Assembly (NCBI GenBank): GCA_001600815.1
Contig: BCKZ01000001.1
Location: 229,185 to 284,847, forward strand
Direction of reading: 5' to 3'
Length of the DNA: 55,663 nt
From: Alloascoidea hylecoeti
Taxonomy: Eukaryota
Shown here in pieces: positions 33,696 to 43,776 of the stretch. The number at the start of each line of letters is the position of its first letter. The first letter of the stretch is position 1. The position numbers and the translations under genes were made by a program. The notes beneath the pieces are model-generated. The model did no database searches and was not told the origin of the DNA. It saw only the letters and a list, made by a program, of their open reading frames with translations.

Positions 33696-36201
33696 ATGTC
33701 AACTAATTTAAATCCTCTGCAATCAGAATATACCCTTCCAGGTACTTATTATATCATGTTTTCTCATCTTTTTTTCATGATCTAATATATATGAATATAG
33801 GGGTAATGAGATATTTACAATCGGAATGGCAACGTAATGAACGTGATAGAATTCAATGGGAACTCGAAAGATCTGAAATGAAGGTAAAAATATACTTTAT
33901 TTTCCTTGTTGAATATTAGAAATTAATATTAATATGACTATTCGTAGTCTAAAATTGCAAAATTGGAGGGTGAGAAACGAGGTTTACAAATTATTGTGAA
34001 AAATTATATGAAACGAATCCAAATTCTTGAGAGTTCAATTCAAACACAAAGGTAATTAATCTATATTGTCATATTTTATCAGATCAAATTAACAATTTTT
34101 ATTTAATTAAAAAATTTAGGACAAAATCTTCTCCTACGGCATCTTCTGAAGAATCAAGTGATTATATGCTTTCTATATCAAATGGTAATTATCATATTAA
34201 TTTAAAACTATCAATCTAATCTTTTTTTCATAAACTAATTTAAAAATGAAATTGTTATAGATACTTTGAATACAGAACTTGAAGAATTGGAAAAAATTTC
34301 TGAAATTGATCTTAATCCATTAATAGAATCACGACAATATCTTGAAACGTAAGTCTTACTCAATTTAATATATACAAGTCTAATTTATTAACCATGAACA
34401 TGATAATATCAGATGTATACAAGAAGTTATGTATCTATTACAACCACCAGGTCGAGATTCAGAAGCATTAATACCACCACGGATAGCTGATTCTTTAGTC
34501 CATGGAGTATATCCTCAAAATGAATCCAATCTAGCACAAGCAATGAATTTTACAAATGATCGAATTTCAAGAAAAATGGAAAATCATTTAAGAAATGACC
34601 AACATTCTCCAGATGAAGATGAAGATGAAGATGAAGATTATGATAATGAAAATGATGATAGAGATGAAGAATTTGAAACAACTGCTCCAACTTCAACATC
34701 ATCATCTTTAAAAAATTCAAATGATGAAGAAAATCATTCAAAAGAAATGGAAAGAGAAAGAGAAAACTTAATAAACAATAACAATGATGGCGATTTTAAT
34801 AATAATAAATTAAAATTGGAACAAGATCATAAACAATCAAAAATTAAAACTAAAAAAAATAAGAATAAAAAATCAAAAAATCTTAAAATTAAATCAAAGA
34901 AAAATATAAACAACAACAATAATAATAATGAAAATGTTTTCCCAATATCACCAATTGATGATCCAGTAAATCAAATAGCTGATGTTTTATTAGATGAAAG
35001 ATTACAAGAAGCAAATTTTAATGAAGAAGAAGAAGAAGAATTAAATAGATTAGATGAATTATCAGAAAGTAAAAAAATGCAATCAATTATATCAGGCATT
35101 GATGAATTAGGATTTGATCAACATCGATTTAAAAAATTAGAATCATCACCAAATTTAATAAATGATTTAAAATGGAATACAATTGCAACTTTAAGAGGAC
35201 ATATTGATACAATTAGAGCAGTTGAATTTATATCAAGTGAAGAAATTGCAACTTCAAGTGATGATGGTACAATTAAAATATGGAATTTATCAAATCCAAA
35301 AAATCATCAAAATAATAATAACGATAATAATGATAATGAAACAATTTTAAAATCAAATTTAACTTTACGTGGTCATAATGGTATTGTTTCATCATTAATT
35401 TATGCAAGAAATTTAAATTTATTAATATCTTCTGGTGGTGATCCATCAATTAAAATTTGGAAATTAAATTCATCAGAACCATTTGGTGAATTAACTGGTC
35501 ATAATGATATGATTTGTGATATTGATTATTTTGATTTAGATAATTTATTATGTAGTTCATCAGTTGATGGTACTGTTCAAATTTGGGATATCCGAAGTTG
35601 TGAACAAAAAATTAAATTTGATACAAATATTTTAAATACTGAAAATAATTCAAGAGTTCCAACTGGTTCAAAATTTTTAGGAAATTCTTCAAGAATTGCT
35701 GTTTCTTTTACTGATGGTGTTATAAGTATGCTTGATACAGAAACTGGTAAAGTAATTCAAAATTTTGCTGATCCACCAGAATTAATATCAACAATAAATG
35801 GTCAAGGATTGTTAGTAAATGATATGAAATTTTCAACAATTGATAATTTATTAGTCGTTGCTTATTCTGACGGACATTTAAGATATTTTGATAAAATTAC
35901 AGGTTCAATTGTTAATGAAGTTTATACTGGTCCATCTCCTTTACAATCAGTTGCAGTTTCTCCATTAGGTAGTGAAGTTGTTACAGGAAATAGAGATGGT
36001 ATAGTATCCATTTGGTCAACACGCGGTGGCTTAAGTAATTGTACACTAAATGATCATGATAAATCTTCTACTGATGGAGTTTGTTCAGTTGCGTGGCATT
36101 CTAAAATTGAAGATTTTGATAATAATCCAGGTATTGATAATTATAGTTTGATCGCCAGTGGAGGTGGAGATCCAACTGCAAAAGTTTATCTCCGGGCATA
36201 A
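33696..36201 (+). CDS. FAR8: Striatin/Far8 STRIPAK scaffold with WD40 repeats; 6 exons
   Basis: Exons 33696-33741, 33801-33883, 33948-34051, 34120-34184, 34261-34348 and 34413-36201 splice in frame. They give [43 protein letters not shown] (striatin domain), [16 protein letters not shown] and C-terminal WD40 repeats. Confidence 0.92.
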
Positions 36202-36510
36202 TTATCATCACATGATACTGCTTAGTCATAATAACAATATTAACAATTTTTAAAATTTAATATATAAATATATATATTCGTTAAGTGTTCTTTCATTTAT
36301 ATAAAAACATCTAATCGTAATCATCATCTTCATAAGAAATAGAAATTTGTATGAGTATTATTTTTAATTTTTGTGTTGGGTTGACTGACTGACTGTGACT
36401 GACTGATTGCATTTGCGATCTTCTAAAGACCTCACTCCATTCTTCTCTTTTTCACAACCAACCTCACTCTCACAAAACCCAAATTTTTTTAACAACATTC
36501 AAATCCAATA

Positions 36511-37128
36511 ATGTCAGTACGGAAAAAGACTCTCTTAAAAGTTATAATCTTAGGCGATTCAGGAGTTGGTAAAACTTCTTTAATGCAACAATTTGTTAAC
36601 AAAAAATTCTCAACTCAATATAAAGCAACAATTGGGGCTGATTTCTTAACAAAGGAGATTGAAATTGATGATCGTTCAATAACAATGCAATTATGGGATA
36701 CAGCTGGTCAAGAAAGATTTCAATCATTAGGTGTTGCATTTTATAGAGGCGCTGATTGTTGTGTTTTGGTATATGATGTTAATAATCAAAAATCATTTGA
36801 TTCTTTAAATAGTTGGAAAGATGAATTTTTAATTCAATCAAATCCAAGAGATCCTGAAAATTTCCCTTTTATCATATTAGGTAATAAAATCGATATTGAA
36901 GAAAATAAAAGAGTTGTTAATTTAAAAAGAGCACAAACTTATTGTCAACAATTAGGTGATGTTCCATATTTTGAAACAAGTGCAAAAGAAGCTATTAATG
37001 TAAATCAAGCTTTTGAAGTTATTGCAAGGAATGCCTTAGCACAAGATGATAATGAAGATATTTATGAAGAATATTCAGATGCTATAAATATACATTTAGA
37101 TCCAGATTATAGTAGTTGTGGTTGTTAA
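36511..37128 (+). CDS. YPT7: Rab7 GTPase
   Basis: [63 protein letters not shown]-terminal CGC. Confidence 0.98.
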   Translation: MSVRKKTLLKVIILGDSGVGKTSLMQQFVNKKFSTQYKATIGADFLTKEIEIDDRSITMQLWDTAGQERFQSLGVAFYRGADCCVLVYDVNNQKSFDSLNSWKDEFLIQSNPRDPENFPFIILGNKIDIEENKRVVNLKRAQTYCQQLGDVPYFETSAKEAINVNQAFEVIARNALAQDDNEDIYEEYSDAINIHLDPDYSSCGC

Positions 37129-37483
37129 TTTTTTATATTGTTATATTTGTTTTCAAATTTCTTTATTAGCTTGCTTAAATTTGGTATACGGGTTTTTACA
37201 TTTTTAAAATTTAAATTTGCTTCTACCTATTGAATTTATTTTCATATTTACTGTTCTAATTATAATCTTCATTAAAAAGTAAACAAGAATAGCTTTTTTC
37301 TTTAATAATCAATATTAATATTAATAAATTAATAAAATGTCGGGTTTTTTACATGAAGTGACATGTTAATTTCTCATAGGCGTTACGACGAATATAAATA
37401 TTAATAGTGTACGTAGAAACGCGAAAATTTTTGGGAATTGGTTAGCAATTCATGCCATAGCTATAAAATAATTTTTTGATTTT

Positions 37484-37668
37484 CACCCTCTCTAATAAGT
37501 CTCAGATAAATCGATAGAATTTATTCCTAGGCACGCCGCTAGTGAATTCCTAATCAGATCGTTTATTAGTTTAAAGAGAAATTTTCAACTAACTTCAAGA
37601 AGAAGAGCTAAATAACTTTAATCCAAATTATACTATTTAATTGAATATATTCCTTTTTAGCTACATTT
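37484..37668 (+). ncRNA. Candidate box H/ACA snoRNA
   Basis: Lies between convergent YPT7 and ATG27, preceded by TATAAAA (37462). Hairpin 1 is closed by CTAATAA/TTATTAG, followed by ANANNA boxes (AGAGAA, AGAAGA). Hairpin 2 is closed by AGCTAAA/TTTAGCT and directly followed by ACA-TTT. Confidence 0.5.
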
Positions 37669-38053
37669 TGATCTTTTTAATCTTGATTGTTAATACACTC
37701 GTTTAATTTAATCCTTATAATTATAAGGTCTTATACCAGTAACAGAAATTTAATTAAAATGTAAAATGAAGCAAAAAAGGTTGATTGTAATATGCAAGAG
37801 TTATATAAAAACACAATAAACTGAAATGAAAATATTGTTTATATTTAAGTTAATGAAACCATTACCGTATTCGATGTCATTTATGACATATCAACGATTA
37901 TAACAAAATATAACATCACAAGGTTTTAAATAAGAAATTAATATGAATATATTATTTCTGTCTTTGTTTCATTTTATATATTATTGATGTATTTATTATT
38001 ATTTCTAATTTATTTTTTTCCTTCCTTTTTTTGCTTTTTAGACTTATCTGAAA

Positions 38054-38929
38054 TTAAACAGCACTATATCCACCCCTATTTGAATGATTTAATGTACCAA
38101 AAATATTTTTAACAAAATCTATTATGACATGTGGTAAATCACGGAAAAAATCAGATTGAGGTAAGACATCAACACCAGTTGTTCCATAACGGTTATAGTT
38201 TATCCAAGCGCCGCCAATTATATAAGCAGCGAATCCAATAACAAAGCTATAATGAAGAATATGTTAGTAAAAAAGTAAAGTAGAGCAAAGTAAACAATTA
38301 TAGACTTACAAAATAAATGTCCAAGTAAACCATCCCCAATTCTTTGAAGAGTCTTCTTTCTTATCCTTTTTGTTATCATCTCCCCCATTGACACCTTTAC
38401 CACAAAGATCTTTAGATTCTAATCTGAGGTTTACGATATTTCCGCTGAATTCAACAGAGGAAGCATCGGTATCACTACAAACTAACAAAAGTGTGGATTG
38501 AATAACAGACTCTCCCCATTTCCCGGGATTTAAGGTAATCTTTAATCCATTCTTTGAACCCTCAGACCAAGAAGCAATGGATTTTGGGTCTTCATTTTCA
38601 TCTTGAGGAAGAATCGCCGCTGGGATAATTTGAGATACCATACTTTCCTTGGAATCAGCTATAGAAACTGTTTGAATACCACAAACTTGAGTTCCAGCAT
38701 CACAAGTTTTATCAGTTTTATAATCTTTCTTATCAATTTCACCACAAAGATTTATATACCATATAGTTTCAGTTTTAGTTGGTGGTGTATCAGTTGTAAT
38801 AGCAACCTGTTTTGTTCCAATACTTTTAAAAGAATACTCTGTTGAGTTATATTTAAATTCACATAATGATCCATAGACCATAGCCACGAAGTATAGTGGC
38901 AAAAGCAATGTTATATAGGCTTTTGTCAT
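38054..38929 (-). CDS. ATG27: Autophagy protein Atg27 (type I membrane protein); 2 exons
   Basis: Exon 1 38929-38310, intron 38309-38247 (GTAAGT..TACTAAC..TAG), exon 2 38246-38054. Product has a signal peptide, TPPT...WYINLC, WGWFTW, a TM helix and C-terminal RGGYSAV. Confidence 0.95.
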
Positions 38930-39160
38930 TATGTCTAAAATTAAATTTGGTTAGGAGGATGAGAGGAGGTTAGATGAAAAAGGATGTGTGATCACAGTAA
39001 TAAGGTGTCTTGCTAGACAAAAGTTTGAAATTAGGACCACAACGACATCCACATGCTATATATACATCCACACCATTCAGACCGGTTTAGTAGATCCACT
39101 AGATATTTTTCATATAGAAGGTTCACCATTTTTCTACTTTTACACTAGTTTTTGGTAATA

Positions 39161-39220
39161 TCACGTGTATATCATGTGTTTCGTATTAGGGCTGGAACGT
39201 ATCACGAACAAGCAGTCACA
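39161..39220 (+). promoter_or_regulatory. Ribosomal-protein promoter elements: Cbf1-type TCACGTG, Tbf1-like TTAGGGCT, Homol-D CAGTCACA
   Basis: TCACGTG 39161-39167, TTAGGGCT 39186-39193 and CAGTCACA 39213-39220, directly upstream of RPL17. Confidence 0.65.
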
Positions 39221-39263
39221 AATATCGCTACCAAACAGCAAAAATAATTACCGTTTCTGGAAG

Positions 39264-39324
39264 GTGAGAAAACCTTCTGAATCTCAATATCAAATATTCT
39301 GCTAATTTTCAACTATCGATATAG
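39264..39324 (+). other. Probable 5'UTR intron of RPL17
   Basis: AAG|GTGAGA ... TGCTAAT ... ATAG|GCCTCAACAATG; 61 nt, the same size class as other introns here. Confidence 0.55.
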
Positions 39325-39333
39325 GCCTCAACA

Positions 39334-39891
39334 ATGACTCGATACGCCGCAACAGCAGAAAACCCAGCCAAGAGTGCTAGTTCCCGTGGTTCATATCTCC
39401 GTGTTTCTTACAAGAACACCAGAGAAACTGTTCAAGCTATTAATGGATGGCCATTAAAGAAGGCTCAAACTTATCTTGAAGCAGTTTCAGAAAAGAAGAG
39501 AGCAATCCCATTCAGAAGATTTGCTGGATCTATTGGTAGAACTGCCCAAGGAAAAGAATTTGGTGTTACAAAAGCTAGATGGCCCGTTAAGTCTGTTAAA
39601 TTTGTTCAAGATTTATTAAAGAATGCCGAATCAAATGCTGAGGCAAAGGGACTTGATATTGAAAAACTTACCATTAAGCACATTCAAGTTAACCAAGCTC
39701 CAAAACAGAGGAGACGTACTTACAGAGCTCATGGTCGTATTAATGCTTACCAATCATCCCCATGTCACATTGAGATCATTTTAGTTGAAAAGGACGAAGA
39801 AGTTGCAAAAGCTCCAGAACAATCCGTCGTTAGACTTTCTTCTCGTCAAAGAGGTAGATTAGCATCAAGAAAGAGACTCACTGCTGCTTAA
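39334..39891 (+). CDS. RPL17: 60S ribosomal protein L17 (uL22)
   Basis: [53 protein letters not shown]. Confidence 0.98.
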   Translation: MTRYAATAENPAKSASSRGSYLRVSYKNTRETVQAINGWPLKKAQTYLEAVSEKKRAIPFRRFAGSIGRTAQGKEFGVTKARWPVKSVKFVQDLLKNAESNAEAKGLDIEKLTIKHIQVNQAPKQRRRTYRAHGRINAYQSSPCHIEIILVEKDEEVAKAPEQSVVRLSSRQRGRLASRKRLTAA

Positions 39892-40264
39892 ATTTTAAAA
39901 ATTACAAAACAACAACAAAATTGATTTAATAATACTGAACTGAGGTTTTTAACTACAATTTGTTGATAATTATATATTTTTAATTTAATAGCAAACATGC
40001 GTTGCACGAATTCAATTCCAAAACATTTCATCTCATATCTTTTTCAACCCCGTAGGCTTAATCACAACTGATATTATTTTATATGCTATAGCTATACTTC
40101 ATATATTATTCGAAGGAGGTTCCTTCCTAATCGATGTTTACAAGTCACCTATTTTACTTTACTTTCAAATATGAATAACATGAATAAGATGAATATTTAC
40201 GTATATTCATACTTTTATTTTTGTTTATTACAAAAGGAAATATATATACTTTGTAGAACTAAAT

Positions 40265-42457
40265 CTAAATTCCAGATCCCATATTCAAAGAAGGAGGTTT
40301 AACACCGACACCAACTGGAGCAATCTTAACTCCTTCATCTGCTATAACACCATTCAAAGGAGTTACTTTTCCTATTGGTAAATCAATTGAAGTATTTGTA
40401 CCTTGTAAACCAGATATATAAACAAACATTAATACCAAAATAAAATGTAAAGCAAATGTATATATAGCGAATAAATTCCTAGATATTCGATTTTTTAAAA
40501 TAACTCTTGAAAGAGAATATGTAATTCTTTCTAAAAGGTTCATTTTAGCCCATGCTTTATTTGCCATTGTACCTCTAAATATATCATATGCTGATTCTTC
40601 ATCTTCATAATCATTATAACGAGAATGTGAATTATTAGTTTGTCTAGGTGCAAATCTTGCTTTTCTAAATAAATCAGCATTTTCAATTTTTAATGATTCA
40701 TTTTCTGTTCTTAATTGAAGTAAATTTTGAGAATTTTGATGTAATTCATTTTCTAATTCAGTAGTACGTTTCTTAAAACGATCCCTTTGCTGTGTTACAA
40801 TTGGAAGCATAGCTGAGCCATTATTAACATTATAATTATTATTTCCATCATCTCCACCAAACATACTAGCAACAACAGATGAAGCAGGAGAAATTCTACC
40901 ACCTGGTCGAACTTGTGGAGGTGGATATTTTGAAACAGATGTAAAAGAACTGTAAACAGACATATTATCATTAAATCCTCCACTTCCATGATTAACAGAT
41001 TGTTCCAAGTCTGATTCTAATTTTTTATTTAAATTCTGTAAAGTAATACTTCTTCTGTTTACTTCATTGAATTGTTTTCCAAGTTCTGAAACTTTCTTAT
41101 TCAATTGTTCATTTGCAACTCTATAATGTGTTAAATCATTTTCGAGTTTTTTATTTCTTTTAATTAACATTTTTTCTAATTTTTGTGAAATCTTATCATC
41201 ATCATCATTATCATTATCATCAGCACCTTCATTTACAGCATCATCCTCTTCTCCAAATTCAATAGCTTTTAAAATTCCTAATTCTTGTTTAATATCTTCA
41301 TAATCTTGCATAGACTCCATCTTTTGTTTTAAATGTTTTATTTCATTTTCCTTATGTGTAACATCTCGTTGAAGACCATCTATTCTTAATTTTATGCTTC
41401 GATTTTCATTATCTGTAAACTTTTCTTGATTTTCTATTCTTGAAATTAATAAAGAGTTTTCACTTTGTAAATCTGTAATTTTGCCTTCTAAAGCATCAGC
41501 TTTTTCACTAGTAATAGATGAATCTTTAGTATTAGTTTTCTCTTGTAATTGTCTCCGTAATTCTTCATTACGTTTTTCAACTTCTAAAGCACGAAGTTTT
41601 GCAGCTTCTAAATCTCTTGCTAAAAATTCAATATCCAGTGAATTTGAAGTTGAACGATCATCTTCAGATGATAAAATTTTAGTTTGAGCATCTAATCTTG
41701 CTTCTGTAACTTCATAATTTGCTCTTAATTCTTTAATTTGTTTACGTGATTCAATAATTTGTCTTTCTAATTCTTTTTCTTTTAAATTCCAATTAATTTC
41801 TTTTTCATCAATAATTGCTTTCATTTCTAATTCTTTTGATTCTAATTTTGATTTTAAATTAATTGATGATTTATTTTCAAGTTGTTTTAATTTATCTTTT
41901 AATGAATCATAATCAGCATATTTTGATAATTTATCACGTAAATTAATATTTTCTTCAGATAATTTATTAACTTCCATTGCAGTGATAACAGAATCAATTG
42001 ATGCTTCTAATAATGGTTTTGGATCATTTGCATCAGCTAAAATTTTATAAACATTTAAAAATGAACTTTCACTATATTTATTCTTTTTTGTTAAATCATC
42101 GATTTCTTTTTGATATAATTTTAATAAATTTTTAAATTCTTTTAATTTTTTATCATTATCAATTTTTTTAAATTCTTTTGTCTTTGTTGCAAGATTCTTC
42201 CTACTTGTAACTGATTCCTTTTGATTTTCAAGTAATATAAGAGCTTGTTTATCAAGTTGTTTTTGTAAAATTGGTAAATCTATTTCTGCCCAGGTTTGTA
42301 ATGCTTGTTCAAATAATGTGTTGTTATTTTCTTTTAGTTCACCAATAGTTGGTTTCGTGGCAGTTTCTAAACTAGATGAACCCTCTTTAGTGATAACTTC
42401 TCTAAAAGAAACAGATTTAGAAGAAGGGTTATGAACACCCTCTGAGTCACTAGCCAT
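40265..42457 (-). CDS. COY1: CASP/Coy1 Golgi coiled-coil protein
   Basis: FEQALQTWAEIDL..LQ, SRKNLA.KTKEF, YQKEIDDL, MLPIVTQQRDRFK, long coiled coil and C-terminal TM (YTFALHFILV). First ATG at 42457. Confidence 0.93.
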   Translation of the reverse strand: MASDSEGVHNPSSKSVSFREVITKEGSSSLETATKPTIGELKENNNTLFEQALQTWAEIDLPILQKQLDKQALILLENQKESVTSRKNLATKTKEFKKIDNDKKLKEFKNLLKLYQKEIDDLTKKNKYSESSFLNVYKILADANDPKPLLEASIDSVITAMEVNKLSEENINLRDKLSKYADYDSLKDKLKQLENKSSINLKSKLESKELEMKAIIDEKEINWNLKEKELERQIIESRKQIKELRANYEVTEARLDAQTKILSSEDDRSTSNSLDIEFLARDLEAAKLRALEVEKRNEELRRQLQEKTNTKDSSITSEKADALEGKITDLQSENSLLISRIENQEKFTDNENRSIKLRIDGLQRDVTHKENEIKHLKQKMESMQDYEDIKQELGILKAIEFGEEDDAVNEGADDNDNDDDDKISQKLEKMLIKRNKKLENDLTHYRVANEQLNKKVSELGKQFNEVNRRSITLQNLNKKLESDLEQSVNHGSGGFNDNMSVYSSFTSVSKYPPPQVRPGGRISPASSVVASMFGGDDGNNNYNVNNGSAMLPIVTQQRDRFKKRTTELENELHQNSQNLLQLRTENESLKIENADLFRKARFAPRQTNNSHSRYNDYEDEESAYDIFRGTMANKAWAKMNLLERITYSLSRVILKNRISRNLFAIYTFALHFILVLMFVYISGLQGTNTSIDLPIGKVTPLNGVIADEGVKIAPVGVGVKPPSLNMGSGI

Positions 42458-43092
42458 GGTTGGGGTACTAAACAATTTAGAAGAGTCGGTATCGATAATC
42501 CCATGAAACTGGTTTCAGCCTCTTACAACATTACATCAATATTGTCGATAAACTTAATTAAAATAAAATCTACCATACTAAATAAAATTTAAATATTAAA
42601 CGATTACAACAATTCTTAGAATGTTATATAATATTAAACTAAAAGAATAAAGGCTGAATAATAAACACTAATAATTTCTATTTTATAGGTTGAGAACGTA
42701 TGAATTTATTGCATGAGAAATTTGTTTGGCAGTATTGAGTGAATAATTGAATAAAAGGACGAATACCAATTGCAATAATAATAAGTAAAGAGTATAACTT
42801 TATTAATAAACCAATACCAAAAAGAATAAGTAAGAAAAATTGATACCGATAATCTTCAAAATACTATTTATATAATTTCTTATCTGTAAATGATGTCCAT
42901 CATCAATTTAAATTTGAGCAATAATATGCGAGGCCACCAGTAAACAATAGCACTCCTGTTACAGCGCAGATTGCGAAAATTAGACCCCGTGCTTCATCTA
43001 GATCATGATCACCAGACTGCCATTCTTTTCGCCCAGCCAGTTGAAAATGTGGGTCTTCAACACTGCGAAATGAATTACAAACTATACTAGCT

Positions 43093-43203
43093 TTACCCCA
43101 ATCGCAAGACTACGTACACGATCCCGCCTCTGATAAGCATTCCTCCGGAAACAATTGCCAAAACCGCTAAAGTCGTTCCAATCGCATCTCTTTCCTCAGG
43201 CAT
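43093..43203 (-). CDS. Candidate 36-aa single-pass microprotein (or 5' part of a broken two-TM gene extending to ~42905)
   Basis: AAAAATG context; MPEERDAIGTTLAVLAIVSGGMLIRGGIVYVVLRLG*. A similar helix (DEARGLIFAICAVTGVLLFTGGLAY) follows in another frame. Confidence 0.3.
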   Translation of the reverse strand: MPEERDAIGTTLAVLAIVSGGMLIRGGIVYVVLRLG

Positions 43204-43380
43204 TTTTGGGTCAAGAATGGATTGCTTCGTATCTGTTCAAGGTATTACAAGTTTGGGGGAATATTTGGATTTCATATATTAATTATCAGCACTGTTATTA
43301 TTCCCGCGAAAAATTATCAATGTTTAGGTTTAGTCTGACCAAATTTAAATGTGTAAATTGCTGATGAGGATCGTATTGAG

Positions 43381-43560
43381 CTCGGCAGTTCTAATCATTG
43401 GTGTAAACCCTGCTTTTCCGGTACAGTCGCGTTTAAACCTGAATTACGGGATAAGATCGTCCATGATTTTCAAAAATAGTTTACAATTCATACGGAAAAT
43501 TCTGCGAAACTCTATGTCGGAAAATTTGGCATCTGGCATAAAATATGCATCAATAATTAA
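43381..43560 (-). mobile_element. PIF/Harbinger-like transposase N-terminal fragment
   Basis: DAYFMPDAKFSDIEFRRIFRMNCKLFLKIMDDLIP*FRFKRDCTGKAGFTP matches the pattern YF......FRRRFRM...LF..I...L...YF....D..G..G..P. One in-frame stop; no TIR found. Confidence 0.65.
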
Positions 43561-43776
43561 TACAATTTATTTATTTTGTGGTATTGGGAGGAAACACTAA
43601 GAACTCAGCCAGTGGGGCGGCATCAGAGAAATCTAATTAGCTATGATATTCATAATATTTTGTCTATTTTAAATCACAAATATATACAAATAATTGAAGA
43701 ATGATCTTTATAAACATCAACCAAATTTTAAAGAATTAGTATATACAACAGGTAACTCATTCATAATCTTTTTTTT

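Noticed and set aside
36383..36406. Reverse Homol-D (TGTGACTG) upstream of YPT7
   Set aside because: Embedded in a (GACT)n microsatellite, so a chance occurrence is likely.
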